Virus record (IMG/VR): IMGVR_UViG_3300025009_000105
Coordinates: 1 to 62,857 of that record
Reading direction: 5' to 3' (one strand)
From: a virus
Taxonomy: Duplodnaviria > Caudoviricetes
DNA length: 62,857 nt
Shown: positions 16,489 to 26,094 of the stretch, piece by piece
Layout: each line of letters opens with the position of its first letter
How positions within the stretch are numbered: the stretch's first letter is position 1
Notes under the pieces: generated by a model
What the model saw: the letters and a program-made list of their open reading frames with translations, nothing else
Databases searched by the model: none
What the model was told of the DNA's origin: nothing
Program-made: the position numbers and the translations under genes

Positions 16489-18009
16489 ATGTTCCCCAAC
16501 AAACTCGATGGGACGGTTGATCCCGTCAAACTCGGTGCTGCCATCGCTGAAATGATGGTCAAAGCCGGTGGACCGCAACTGATGCAAAAAGGCACGGGTG
16601 CGTCCATTGGACCATACGTCCACGGCCCCGGTGGGCTGTTCGGCGTGCGTGGTCTTTCGCGCGGCATCATCTCCACCCATACCCAGATCACCGGGTCATT
16701 GGGCGAGATGCTTCCCATCATGCCCAGCATGGACACCAATCCCCTGTTCCCGTACATCACGGGTTTCCTGCGCTCCGATACGCAGGAAAAGGACGGCATC
16801 TGCGACGAGCCGGAGGAAGCCGCACCTTTCAAGACCTGTATCCAGACCACCGTGTTTGGGCGCAAGGAGTTCAAGACCCGGGAACTCGAAGTCAACCGGC
16901 TTGGACAGCGCATCAACCGCGGCGAGTTCATGGACTTGCAGTTGGAGAACTCCCCATTGGTCGCCTCCATGGGCGGACTCATGGCGTCGTTCTTTGGTCT
17001 GGACAACCAGGCTGCCGCAATCGCAGGTAACGATGTGGTCATGCGCATGGTGGAAGTCGGCGTTGCTTATCAGCGTTGGTTCTGCCCCCAGGTGTACACC
17101 GGCAACCCCGCCAACTCAAGCGCGGGTGGTGGGTACAAGGAGTTCATGGGGCTTGACCTCCTGATCTCCAAGACCAAGTTGGACGCCATCACCGGTACTC
17201 TCTGCCCCAGCCTGTACTCGGACATCAAATCCTTCGGTTATCGCCAGGTTTCAAGCACAACCGACCCGGATATTGTCCGCACCCTGACCACCATGATCCG
17301 CATTCTGACCCGCAAGGCTGTCCAGCAAGGGTTGGCACCGGTGCAGTTGGCAATCGTCATGCGCGAACCCCTGTTCTATGAACTGACCCGCGTTTGGCCT
17401 TGCCAGTACAACACCGACTCCTGCATCGGCTCCGCCTCCAACGGTCTGACCGGTGGCATCAACATGATCAATGACTTCCAGGTGACGATGCGTGACGCAA
17501 TGCGCAACGGAATGTACCTGCTCATCGACGGTCGGCAGATCCCCGTGATCGTGGATGACTGCATCATGGAGGAGAACGCCGCCGACAACCAGAACATCCC
17601 TGCCGGTGGGTTTGCTTCCGACATCTACATCGTCCCGCTGTCCGCCCGTGGCGGAACCATCAAGACCCTGTATTGGGAATACTTCAACTTCAATGGCTCG
17701 AACGCAGCCATCCCCTCCACCGCATCCCTTCCCAAGTACTTCTGGTCGGACAATGGCGTGTTCCTGTGGACCATGCTGACACCGCACGTCTGGTGTATTG
17801 ACCTCGCCGTGAAGGTCGAGCCTCGCATCATCCTGCGTACTCCGCAGTTGGCAGGCCGCCTGACCGATGTTGTCTATGTCCCGTTGCAGCACACCGATGA
17901 TCCTCTGCCCAGCCAGGACTACCACGTCAACGGTGGCGTGACCACTGGCTACCCGTTTGCCTCTCCGTTCAGTGAGTACAACCTCTCTGGACCCGGCGTA
18001 ACGGCGTAA
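16489..18009 (+). CDS. major capsid protein
   Basis: AGGAGG SD, strongly biased codon usage, follows protease, followed by terminator; KEFMGLDLLI and SDIYIVP. Confidence 0.8.
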   Translation: MFPNKLDGTVDPVKLGAAIAEMMVKAGGPQLMQKGTGASIGPYVHGPGGLFGVRGLSRGIISTHTQITGSLGEMLPIMPSMDTNPLFPYITGFLRSDTQEKDGICDEPEEAAPFKTCIQTTVFGRKEFKTRELEVNRLGQRINRGEFMDLQLENSPLVASMGGLMASFFGLDNQAAAIAGNDVVMRMVEVGVAYQRWFCPQVYTGNPANSSAGGGYKEFMGLDLLISKTKLDAITGTLCPSLYSDIKSFGYRQVSSTTDPDIVRTLTTMIRILTRKAVQQGLAPVQLAIVMREPLFYELTRVWPCQYNTDSCIGSASNGLTGGINMINDFQVTMRDAMRNGMYLLIDGRQIPVIVDDCIMEENAADNQNIPAGGFASDIYIVPLSARGGTIKTLYWEYFNFNGSNAAIPSTASLPKYFWSDNGVFLWTMLTPHVWCIDLAVKVEPRIILRTPQLAGRLTDVVYVPLQHTDDPLPSQDYHVNGGVTTGYPFASPFSEYNLSGPGVTA

Positions 18010-18022
18010 CTCTCCCACAACT

Positions 18023-18052
18023 GAAGGGAGGCTGGAAACAGCCTCCCTTTTT
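18023..18052 (+). terminator. intrinsic terminator after the capsid gene
   Basis: AAGGGAGGCTG-GAAA-CAGCCTCCCTT followed by a T-run. Confidence 0.85.
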
Positions 18053-18070
18053 GGAATCCTTGAGGTCAAT

Positions 18071-18415
18071 ATGTCCAATGAAGAAATTGCAGTCATTATC
18101 AAGGACGCTATTCACGACGCGCTGGAAGGGGCGACATTTCCGCAATGTGCATTGGAACTACAGCGCATAGCAGCATTCGAGGAAATATCCAAGAAATTAT
18201 CCATCATCATCACTGGAAACGGAGACCCCGAAAAGGGTCTTGTGACGCAGTTCGCACACGTCAGGACGAACGTGGAGAACTTTCACGTCGAGACCAGGAA
18301 AGAGATAAGCGAACTAAAAGAACAGAACAAAGAGAAACGCACAAGAGAGTGGGCGTTGGTTATGATCGGCATTGGAATGATCGCAACAGCAATCGGCGGC
18401 TTGATACTCAAGTAA
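18071..18415 (+). CDS. coiled-coil protein with C-terminal TM helix
   Basis: GNGDPEKGL motif, coiled coil, WALVMIGIGMIATAIGGLIL. Confidence 0.6.
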   Translation: MSNEEIAVIIKDAIHDALEGATFPQCALELQRIAAFEEISKKLSIIITGNGDPEKGLVTQFAHVRTNVENFHVETRKEISELKEQNKEKRTREWALVMIGIGMIATAIGGLILK

Positions 18416-18457
18416 TTTCAGGCGCGCACCGCGTATTGCAATTTTTCTGCATTGGTG

Positions 18458-18571
18458 TATAATCGTGAGTGCGCGAGTAGCATAGTTCTAGGCCAACTGT
18501 GTGACGCAACCGCTTCCATTGCCTCGCGCGCTCACGATTGTCCATCATTAGGAAGCGAAAGAGGAAGCGTG
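18458..18571 (+). promoter_or_regulatory. promoter plus three-way-junction RNA leader with an anti-SD loop
   Basis: TATAAT 18458-18463; 17-bp stem 18461-18477/18523-18539; loop CGCTTCC complementary to GGAAGCG at 18551 and 18563. Confidence 0.6.
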
Positions 18572-19039
18572 AAAAAAATCCCATTAACGCAAGGTAAATT
18601 CGCCATTGTTGATGACGTTGATTATGAACGTCTGTCGAAGTTTAAGTGGTATTGCCATTGTGGGTATGCTCGGAGAATGGGCGATGGAAAGGCAATTCAC
18701 ATGCACCGGGAAATTCTCTCCCCGCCTGATGGTTTTATAATAGACCATGCCAACGGAAACAGACTCGATAATCGCAGGGAGAATATACGGATATGCACAT
18801 TCGCCCAGAACACCCAAAATGCAGAGCGCCGTTCCGACAACTCCAGCGGATACAAGGGGGTTAGTTGGCATACAAACAAAAAGTGGAGAACGCAGATTAT
18901 AGTAAACGGGAAAGTAACACACGTTGGCATGTTCTCGAATATCATAGATGCCGCAAGGGCATACAACGAGGCGGCAATAAAATATTATGGGGAGTTTGCA
19001 AAATTGAATGAAATCCCACAGGAGAGTGTGTCATGCTAA
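18569..19039 (+). CDS. HNH endonuclease with C-terminal AP2 domain
   Basis: IPLTQGKFAIVD, MHREI, DHANGNRLDNRRENIR, SGYKGVSW, AARAYN. Confidence 0.92.
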   Translation: MKKIPLTQGKFAIVDDVDYERLSKFKWYCHCGYARRMGDGKAIHMHREILSPPDGFIIDHANGNRLDNRRENIRICTFAQNTQNAERRSDNSSGYKGVSWHTNKKWRTQIIVNGKVTHVGMFSNIIDAARAYNEAAIKYYGEFAKLNEIPQESVSC

Positions 19040-19953
19040 CTGGCGAAATCCTTTTGCTTGGCGGAAGCGGAACTTTGGGGAGAGCAATTATCAAGCGCGC
19101 TTTCGATGAAAAGTGGGATTGTAGGATTGCGATTTTCTCAACTGACCCGATGAAACATCACGCCATCCGTTCTGAATATCCAGAAGTCCAGTCAATTATT
19201 GGTGATATTCGAGACTTTACGACACTTTATAATGCGATGTCTGGAAAGGACTATGTTCTGCATCTGGCGGCACAAAAACATATTCCAGACGGCGAATATA
19301 GCTCAATCGACACATTCGGCGTCAACGTCACCGGTTCGCTTAATGTTGCGCAGGCTGCAATGCAATTGAACATTCCGCATGTCTTGGCGATCTCCACGGA
19401 TAAATCCTGCCATCCGGCAAACGCGTATGGCGCAAGCAAATACGCGATGGAAAAAATCTGGCAGGAATATTCCCGTTTGGGGGTGAGAACAAGATTTCAC
19501 TTGACGCGGTACGGAAATGTCCTCGAGTCCACCGGTTCAGTAATCGAAATATGGAACAATGCAATCGAGCGTGGTGAGAAGATCAAGATGGTTGACCCGG
19601 ACATGACGCGTTTCTTTTTATCTCCATCGCAAGCCGTTGATCTAGTACAGCTTGCCGTGAAACTGGATTCGGGATTGATACTCATTCCGAAACTTCCCTC
19701 TCTGTCCATTGGAAAACTGGCAGAGTACACGGTTGGCGAACAGGAAATGGAACTCATTCCCATGCGCCCGGGCGAGAAATTGGACGAGGAACTCCTGACG
19801 CTCGAGGAGACCGCATTCGCCGTTGAATCCGAAAGTTTCTTTTTCCTGCATCCCACCACCACCGAGAGACTGAATAACGACATCCAGCCATTCAACAGCG
19901 CAGGGGCAAAGGAACTGACAAAGGAACAACTCACGGAGTTGCTCAATGGCTGA
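19033..19953 (+). CDS. nucleotide-sugar 4,6-dehydratase (PseB/CapD family)
   Basis: GGSGTLG, AAQKHIP, ISTDK, YGASK, RYGNV, MTRFF, RPGEKL. Confidence 0.9.
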   Translation: MLTGEILLLGGSGTLGRAIIKRAFDEKWDCRIAIFSTDPMKHHAIRSEYPEVQSIIGDIRDFTTLYNAMSGKDYVLHLAAQKHIPDGEYSSIDTFGVNVTGSLNVAQAAMQLNIPHVLAISTDKSCHPANAYGASKYAMEKIWQEYSRLGVRTRFHLTRYGNVLESTGSVIEIWNNAIERGEKIKMVDPDMTRFFLSPSQAVDLVQLAVKLDSGLILIPKLPSLSIGKLAEYTVGEQEMELIPMRPGEKLDEELLTLEETAFAVESESFFFLHPTTTERLNNDIQPFNSAGAKELTKEQLTELLNG

Positions 19954-20665
19954 TTTCCTGGACATCAAGGAGTTCGGGGAAGGCGCAAAGATACCATCCC
20001 CCACTCTCTGCATCGTCCTTGTTACATACGAGCGAACCCCTCTGGCGTTGCGCACTATTCAAGGCGTGTGCGAGAACCTCGACTATCCACAGCGCACCTG
20101 GTATATTGCTGACGACGGAAGTTCGAGAGAACACGTTGATAGACTGGTGGGAGAACTGAAGTCCAGAGGGGAAAACCTGTATGCCATGCACAACCAGACA
20201 TTCGCAGAGCGTCCTTATTGCGGCAGGGGATGGAACCACGCCTTGCGCCGCGCCCACGATCTGACGGACTACGTTCTTTGGCTTGAGGATGACTGGCATC
20301 TTGAAAAGCCACTTGACATCCGACCCTATATGCGCGCCCTGCTGGAACGGGAGGATGTGGGCATGATCTCCATGCGTGGATTATCCAAAGGACTTCGCTT
20401 GGAAGTGGATGGGCATAACGGCATCCATTACTTCAAGGTGTTGCGGGAAGGAGACCGGGATTCCATGGCTTATTCTGGCAACCCGCTTATTCGCCACACT
20501 CGCTACCTGGAGTATGGTTGGTTTTCAAACGTGGAAACGCCCGGAGACATTGAGATCGTGTGCGATCACAATTACAGACACCACTTCGGTCCGAACATCT
20601 GGAGACCCGCCGAGATAAGCGGTTGGGGCATCTGGGGTCACATCGGCAGTTCACGTACATGGTAG
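19946..20665 (+). CDS. glycosyltransferase, GT-A/GT2-like
   Basis: VLVTYER, IADDGS, WLEDDW, HIG. Confidence 0.85.
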   Translation: MADFLDIKEFGEGAKIPSPTLCIVLVTYERTPLALRTIQGVCENLDYPQRTWYIADDGSSREHVDRLVGELKSRGENLYAMHNQTFAERPYCGRGWNHALRRAHDLTDYVLWLEDDWHLEKPLDIRPYMRALLEREDVGMISMRGLSKGLRLEVDGHNGIHYFKVLREGDRDSMAYSGNPLIRHTRYLEYGWFSNVETPGDIEIVCDHNYRHHFGPNIWRPAEISGWGIWGHIGSSRTW

Positions 20666-20671
20666 GAGACT

Positions 20672-21394
20672 ATGACACTTCCAACTTTGACAATCGGCAT
20701 CTGTACTTATAAGCGCCCTCATTATGGGATGCTGACGATTAACTGCCTTAAGGGTTGGCTTGGTTATGACGGTCCGCGCAAGTTCCACATTGCTGATGGC
20801 GGCAGTCCACAGGAGGAGATTGATTACTATCTCAAGATCCTCGAAGGCGAGAAGGTGACGGTGGAAGTCACGAACAACCTGGCGGATATGGTCAACTCCT
20901 GCGCCCGGAACGGCGGGGATGTGTGGCTGACCACCCTGGATGACTTCTGCCCACGCTATCCAATCAACATCACGCCCGATGTGGAGTTCCTTATGTCCCG
21001 TGAGGATGTGGGCGTGGTGAGGATGGCGCGGTTGGCGTTCTGGGGAAGCGGGTCTGGAGACCCGGAGACATCCGCCGATCTGTTGCAGTTCCATGGACTG
21101 CACTGGTGGAAGTTGAGTAAGGAGCGTTCCAAGGACGGCTACATGTGCAGCATTGGAACGCATCTGTACCACAGGCGTTTTTGGGATGCCTATGGCGACA
21201 TTCCGTCCTGCGCTCCCAACGTGCCGGGGCAGGCTGAACTGAATGGTGCGGCACGCTTCAATGGTCATCCCGGTCCTGCGGTCGCTGTCCCGATGCGTTT
21301 CGGGCAGGATTCTCCGCATTACCAGGAACCAATTTGGCATCTCGGCATCTGGAGAACGGACGAGTATGCAGAAACGGCAGGGTCCAGACTATGA
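20672..21394 (+). CDS. glycosyltransferase, GT-A/GT2-like (paralogue of the upstream GT)
   Basis: ICTYKRP, IADGGS, TLDDF, HLG. Confidence 0.8.
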   Translation: MTLPTLTIGICTYKRPHYGMLTINCLKGWLGYDGPRKFHIADGGSPQEEIDYYLKILEGEKVTVEVTNNLADMVNSCARNGGDVWLTTLDDFCPRYPINITPDVEFLMSREDVGVVRMARLAFWGSGSGDPETSADLLQFHGLHWWKLSKERSKDGYMCSIGTHLYHRRFWDAYGDIPSCAPNVPGQAELNGAARFNGHPGPAVAVPMRFGQDSPHYQEPIWHLGIWRTDEYAETAGSRL

Positions 21395-22476
21395 CGTACA
21401 AAATCTCTCTTTCGGCTGTGAACATTCCAGAGGAGACCTATCCCCTGATGGAGAAGGCTTTGCGCGCCGGCAAGGTGGGGCAAAGCGAATACGTGGAGCA
21501 ATTCGAGCATCTGATCGCAGATTTCGTGGGCTCCAAGTATTGCGTTGCGATCTCCAACGGAACGATGGCGGATGCGGTCGCTGTGGCTGCCATGAAGGAG
21601 AAGTACGGCATCAAGCGAGTGGTGGTGCCTGCCCTGACCTTCATTGCCCAACCCAACTCCGTGCGCTACAACAACCTGGAAGTCGTCTTTGAGGATGTAA
21701 CGGATGACTGGCAGATGGACATGCTGAAGTACGATCAGGAACACTCGTATGACAGCGAAACCCTTTTCTTTATCACAGACCTAATGGGCAGGGTGTCGTC
21801 TCGACCCGCACCCGCTTATCGCTTCATCGAGGATGCGTGCGAGGCTTTTGGTAGTTTTGTCGAGGGCGACAAGTTCTCTGGTACGCTTGGAAAGATGGGA
21901 ACCTATTCGTTCTTTCCTTCCCACACTATCTCGACCGGCGAAGGCGGAGCAATCGTCACGGACGACGTTGAACTTGCCGGTCTGTGCCGTCAGTTGCGCG
22001 CCCATGGTTTCCGTTCCATGTCGCCGTTTGACAAATTCTCCTTCCCGATCATGGGTTTCAATGCCCGGATGACCACCATGCAGGCGGTCATTGGGATTGC
22101 CGTGATGGGACACATCAGCGAGTATATCTACAACAGGCGCAAGATCATGGTCGCCATGCAAGATGCGGTAGGCGGCTTCTATGATCGAGAAGGCGATACC
22201 ATGATCATCCCGCACGGTTTCCCCATCCAGTACAAAACGGAGATGGCAAGAAACAGTGCCATGTTCGAGATATTGGAGTCGGGAATTGAGTGCAGGAAGT
22301 TCTTCTCCTGCATCCCGACCGACGAGGAACCCTACTCAAAGGATAACGTCCTGGAGTTCCCCAATGCAGAGCGTATCGCCCACACCCACCTGTATGTCCC
22401 GTGCCACCAGAACATGACACTGGAGGATGTGGACTATATCGCCAAAGTCGTGAAAGGAATTGGAGGCAGGGTATGA
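21391..22476 (+). CDS. DegT/DnrJ-family PLP enzyme with Lys-to-His change; probable NDP-4-keto-6-deoxy-sugar 3-dehydratase (ColD/E1-like)
   Basis: SNGT, PALTFIA, IEDACEAFG; SFFPSHTISTGEGG has His at the Schiff-base Lys position. Confidence 0.8.
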   Translation: MTYKISLSAVNIPEETYPLMEKALRAGKVGQSEYVEQFEHLIADFVGSKYCVAISNGTMADAVAVAAMKEKYGIKRVVVPALTFIAQPNSVRYNNLEVVFEDVTDDWQMDMLKYDQEHSYDSETLFFITDLMGRVSSRPAPAYRFIEDACEAFGSFVEGDKFSGTLGKMGTYSFFPSHTISTGEGGAIVTDDVELAGLCRQLRAHGFRSMSPFDKFSFPIMGFNARMTTMQAVIGIAVMGHISEYIYNRRKIMVAMQDAVGGFYDREGDTMIIPHGFPIQYKTEMARNSAMFEILESGIECRKFFSCIPTDEEPYSKDNVLEFPNAERIAHTHLYVPCHQNMTLEDVDYIAKVVKGIGGRV

Positions 22477-23054
22477 ATCCTACATTTGATGGCGAGACAG
22501 CAGAGACCTGGTTGCGTGGTCTGAATGGAATGAGTGACCACAATGCAAAGCACATACTCTCCACCTTCGCTTATTTTGGATTACCGAAATCAATGCTGGA
22601 TGTTGGCTGTGGGGATGGCACAATGGTCAAACTGGCGCGGTTGCTGGGAGTGGAGGCCTACGGTATCGATCAGTTGGTGCAACCCGACTGGCCTCCGTAC
22701 TATTATTATCGAAACCTCGTGGACGCTTTCAGGCTGGATCATCCCGTAGAGATGGTGCTGTGTCTGGAAGTTGCAGAGCATATCCACGAAACCGCGCACA
22801 GCACATTCATGGATACCATAGTAGAGAACATGGTGCCTGGCATAGGTGCAAGGCTTATCTTTAGCGCGGCGCATCCAGGACAGGACGGAACTGGACACGT
22901 TGCCATGCGCCCAGCAAAATACTGGCGGGAGGAGTTCACCAACAGAGGTCTGACCCACAACCGCATGGACACCATTAACCTTGCCCTTCTGTGGTCGCAC
23001 ATCCAAAGTCCGCTTGGGCATCTCGCCGCCAACTTGCAGGTGTTTCACAAATGA
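22473..23054 (+). CDS. class I SAM-dependent methyltransferase (probably acting on a sugar)
   Basis: LDVGCGDG, CLEVAEHI, FSAA.PGQ.G.GHV. Confidence 0.85.
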   Translation: MNPTFDGETAETWLRGLNGMSDHNAKHILSTFAYFGLPKSMLDVGCGDGTMVKLARLLGVEAYGIDQLVQPDWPPYYYYRNLVDAFRLDHPVEMVLCLEVAEHIHETAHSTFMDTIVENMVPGIGARLIFSAAHPGQDGTGHVAMRPAKYWREEFTNRGLTHNRMDTINLALLWSHIQSPLGHLAANLQVFHK

Positions 23055-23356
23055 ACGACACTCTCGCCTTGTTGGTTTTCCTGTTCGTGGTGTTTTTGCT
23101 CCTGCGCTGGAAGTATCATCAGTGGCTTCGGAAGCACGACTGGTGGAACTGGTACAGCAACATCTACTTGAAGTCGTGGCATTGGAAACACTACCGGATA
23201 AGGCGACTTCTGAAAGCGGGTTATGTGTGTGAACATTGCGGAAGGAGACGAAAGCCATTGCAGGTACACCACTTGAGTTATGACGATCTATGGCACGAAA
23301 AGATGGGCGACACGATGGTTCTGTGCGTTCCATGCCACAATAGGATACACCAATGA
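23051..23356 (+). CDS. small HNH protein with an N-terminal TM helix
   Basis: LALLVFLFVVFLLL; YLKS..W; CEHC...LQVHHLSY...LCVPCH. Confidence 0.75.
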   Translation: MNDTLALLVFLFVVFLLLRWKYHQWLRKHDWWNWYSNIYLKSWHWKHYRIRRLLKAGYVCEHCGRRRKPLQVHHLSYDDLWHEKMGDTMVLCVPCHNRIHQ

Positions 23357-24327
23357 TCATTTCGCGCACCCCTCTGCGGGTGAGTCTGGTCGGCGGAGGA
23401 ACAGACACTCCGGCATTCTATGAAAAAGCCCCCGGCGCGGTGGTGAGTTTTGCCATATCGAAGTATATCTATGTATCCGTTAACGAAAAGTTCGACGGCA
23501 CCTTTCGGGTTTCCTACTCCAGGACAGAGAACGAAGCGACAATCGACGGGATACAACACGATCTGGTGCGCAGGGCGCTACAGACCTTCCGAGTTGTATC
23601 GGGTCTGGAGATAACATCCGTTGCCGACATTCCGGGATCTGGAACTGGACTTGGTTCATCCAGTTCATTCACGGTCGGATTGGTCAATGCTCTTGGGCAT
23701 CACCTGCATAAGAACAACCCCAAGGGTGGCGGATTGGCGGAGTTCGCCTACGACATCGAGGCAACCGGACACCCGGAAATCGGCAAGCAAGACCACTACG
23801 CCGCAGCCTGTGGCGGACTGAACCTGTTCCGTTTCAACAAGAAGTCTGTCACCATCAAGCCCGTGGAGGCGGAGGATAGCGACCTGGTGGAATTTGAAAA
23901 GCACCTTGTTCTCCTGTGGACTGGCATCACCCGCCCATCGTCCATTCCGCTTAGAAGCCAGATGAGGAACTTCTCCGCCTTGGATAAAACCATGAAAGCG
24001 GGAATTGAAATGGCTGCGTATGCCAATGAACTGTACAGGCAGATGCAGGCAGGAAACTTTCACATGATTGGCGAGTATCTGCATGAGAACTGGTTGCTCA
24101 AGAAGTCCATCTCGGACGCCATCTCCAACGAAAAGATAGACTGGTTGTACGAGGTGGCAACGAAAAACGGGGCAGATGGAGGCAAGTTGTGCGGCGCGGG
24201 TGGAGGCGGATTCCTTCTATTCCACTGCGACCCGGACGCCCGGGACAGGATCGCCAAGGCAACCGAATTGCGCCGTGTTGATTTCAGGATTGATACGAAA
24301 GGAAGCGACATAATCTATGAAGCCTAA
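23353..24327 (+). CDS. hddA: D-glycero-alpha-D-manno-heptose-7-phosphate kinase (GHMP family)
   Basis: SRTPLRVSLVGGGTD, DIPGSGTGLGSSS, GKQDHY, GGKLCGAGGGGF. Confidence 0.85.
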   Translation: MIISRTPLRVSLVGGGTDTPAFYEKAPGAVVSFAISKYIYVSVNEKFDGTFRVSYSRTENEATIDGIQHDLVRRALQTFRVVSGLEITSVADIPGSGTGLGSSSSFTVGLVNALGHHLHKNNPKGGGLAEFAYDIEATGHPEIGKQDHYAAACGGLNLFRFNKKSVTIKPVEAEDSDLVEFEKHLVLLWTGITRPSSIPLRSQMRNFSALDKTMKAGIEMAAYANELYRQMQAGNFHMIGEYLHENWLLKKSISDAISNEKIDWLYEVATKNGADGGKLCGAGGGGFLLFHCDPDARDRIAKATELRRVDFRIDTKGSDIIYEA

Positions 24328-25171
24328 ACTGTTGTTTGTGGACGACAAGCCTAGTCGTTGTGAGGATGCCATCAAAAGATACGGGGATGAATACGAAGTT
24401 ATTCTTGCTCATACTGTGGCGGACGCCTTACGTCAAATGAGTGGGAATAACCTGTCGGTTGTCTCTCTCGATCACGACCTGAACGGTCAAGATTTTCAAG
24501 ACCCGGACGAATCTACAAGCGGAATGGCGATCCTCCGCTACCTTCAGAAAACCGGATGGCCTTTCGATCAAAGACCTAGACCGCGTTTTCTGATACATTC
24601 AACGAACCTGTTCGCCGCAAGTGCGATGGTTGACATTCTATGGCAAGGCGGGTTCGATGCAATCTCCCAGCCCTACAACTGGAAGCAGTATCAGCATGGC
24701 GTGGTCGCCGGGGCTTTCGATGTCATCCACCCGGGCTACATCTATCTCCTGCGGGAAGCGAAGGAACTGTGCCATAAGGTCACGGTGCTGCTCCACGACA
24801 AACCCAACCAGGTCTTTGAACTTTCAGACCGCGCCACCGCCTTACTCGCCCTGAAGTATGTGGATGATGTCATACCCTACACAAGCGAGGAAGGATTGGA
24901 CAAGTTGCTGGAAACGCTTCATCCAGATGTGCGCATCGTCGGAAACGACCACAAGGGAAGCACCACGCGTCCAAACATTAACGTCAAGACCATCTACCAC
25001 GACAGGCAACATCTTTGGTCCGCTACGAGGTACAAGAAAATGATAGCAGAGAAAGTTGGCGTTGTTCCGAGATACGGAATACATTATGCGCCTTGTAAAC
25101 ATTGTGGTGTGTTGGTGGACGTTAACGATGACGGGGTTTGCTTTGATTGTTTCAACAAGGGGAAAGAATGA
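24317..25171 (+). CDS. fusion of a cyclic-phosphate-processing receiver-like domain and a TagD/HldE-type nucleotidyltransferase
   Basis: N-term LFVDD...SLDHDL...SG..I...IHSTN; C-term GAFDVIHPGY, R...L.ALKYVD.V, G.D. Confidence 0.75.
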   Translation: MKPKLLFVDDKPSRCEDAIKRYGDEYEVILAHTVADALRQMSGNNLSVVSLDHDLNGQDFQDPDESTSGMAILRYLQKTGWPFDQRPRPRFLIHSTNLFAASAMVDILWQGGFDAISQPYNWKQYQHGVVAGAFDVIHPGYIYLLREAKELCHKVTVLLHDKPNQVFELSDRATALLALKYVDDVIPYTSEEGLDKLLETLHPDVRIVGNDHKGSTTRPNINVKTIYHDRQHLWSATRYKKMIAEKVGVVPRYGIHYAPCKHCGVLVDVNDDGVCFDCFNKGKE

Positions 25172-26094
25172 AAATCCTCGTCTCCGGTGGCGCAGGGTTC
25201 ATAGGCTCCAACACCGTCAAGTTGCTTGCCAAGCGCGGGCACGACGTATTGGTCATTGACAACTTCTCAACCGGCAGGAGCGAGAACCTCAAGAGTTTCA
25301 AGGGCAAGGTGGTCATTGCCGACATCACGGATTACAAGTCTGTGGATGCCGCGTTCTACGAGTTCGGTCCCGATGCGGTTCTGCACCTGGCTGCGCAGAG
25401 TGCCATCACCACGTCCATCAACGACCCGCAGAAAGACCTAGAGATCAACGGGATGGGCACAGTGAACATGCTCCGGGCAGCACAGGCTTTTGAGACAAAG
25501 CGGTTCGTGTTCTCGTCCACATCTGCCGTGTACCGGGAAACCAGTCCGTTGTTCGGCGGAGTGAGCGAGAAGTGGCCTTGCGCTCCCACTTCCCCCTACG
25601 GCATCTCCAAGTTGACCTGTGAACACTACATCCGTCTTATGCACCCCAACCACATGATCTTGCGCTATGGGAATGTCTATGGACGCCACCAGAGACCTGT
25701 CGGACAGAACCAGGTGATCGCCCGGGCGTTGAGCCACTTCATCCACGGAGACGACTTCTTTGTAACCGGAAGCGGAAAGCAGAAACGTGATTTCGTCAAT
25801 GTCGAGGATGTGGCTTACGCCAACCTGCTTGCCTTGACTTCCGAAGTGACAGGCACGTTCAACGTCGCCACTGGCAAAAACCACTCGGTCAACGAAGTGC
25901 TTGCCATCCTGGAACGCCTGTACGATGTGGTAGGATATGAGTGGGAACACACAAACTCCCCTGACCCGCGTGGTGACGTGGCATTGGATGTCTCTGCGAT
26001 CAGGAGAGAACTCGGTTGGAAAGCAGTTGTTTCATTGGAAGCCGGACTGAAGGACACCGCAAAATGGTGGAACAACGAGGAAGCGAAACGATGA
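25168..26094 (+). CDS. NAD-dependent epimerase/reductase (GalE-like extended SDR)
   Basis: GGAGFIGS, HLAAQ, YGISK, RYGNVYG, RDFVNVEDVA. Confidence 0.9.
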   Translation: MKILVSGGAGFIGSNTVKLLAKRGHDVLVIDNFSTGRSENLKSFKGKVVIADITDYKSVDAAFYEFGPDAVLHLAAQSAITTSINDPQKDLEINGMGTVNMLRAAQAFETKRFVFSSTSAVYRETSPLFGGVSEKWPCAPTSPYGISKLTCEHYIRLMHPNHMILRYGNVYGRHQRPVGQNQVIARALSHFIHGDDFFVTGSGKQKRDFVNVEDVAYANLLALTSEVTGTFNVATGKNHSVNEVLAILERLYDVVGYEWEHTNSPDPRGDVALDVSAIRRELGWKAVVSLEAGLKDTAKWWNNEEAKR

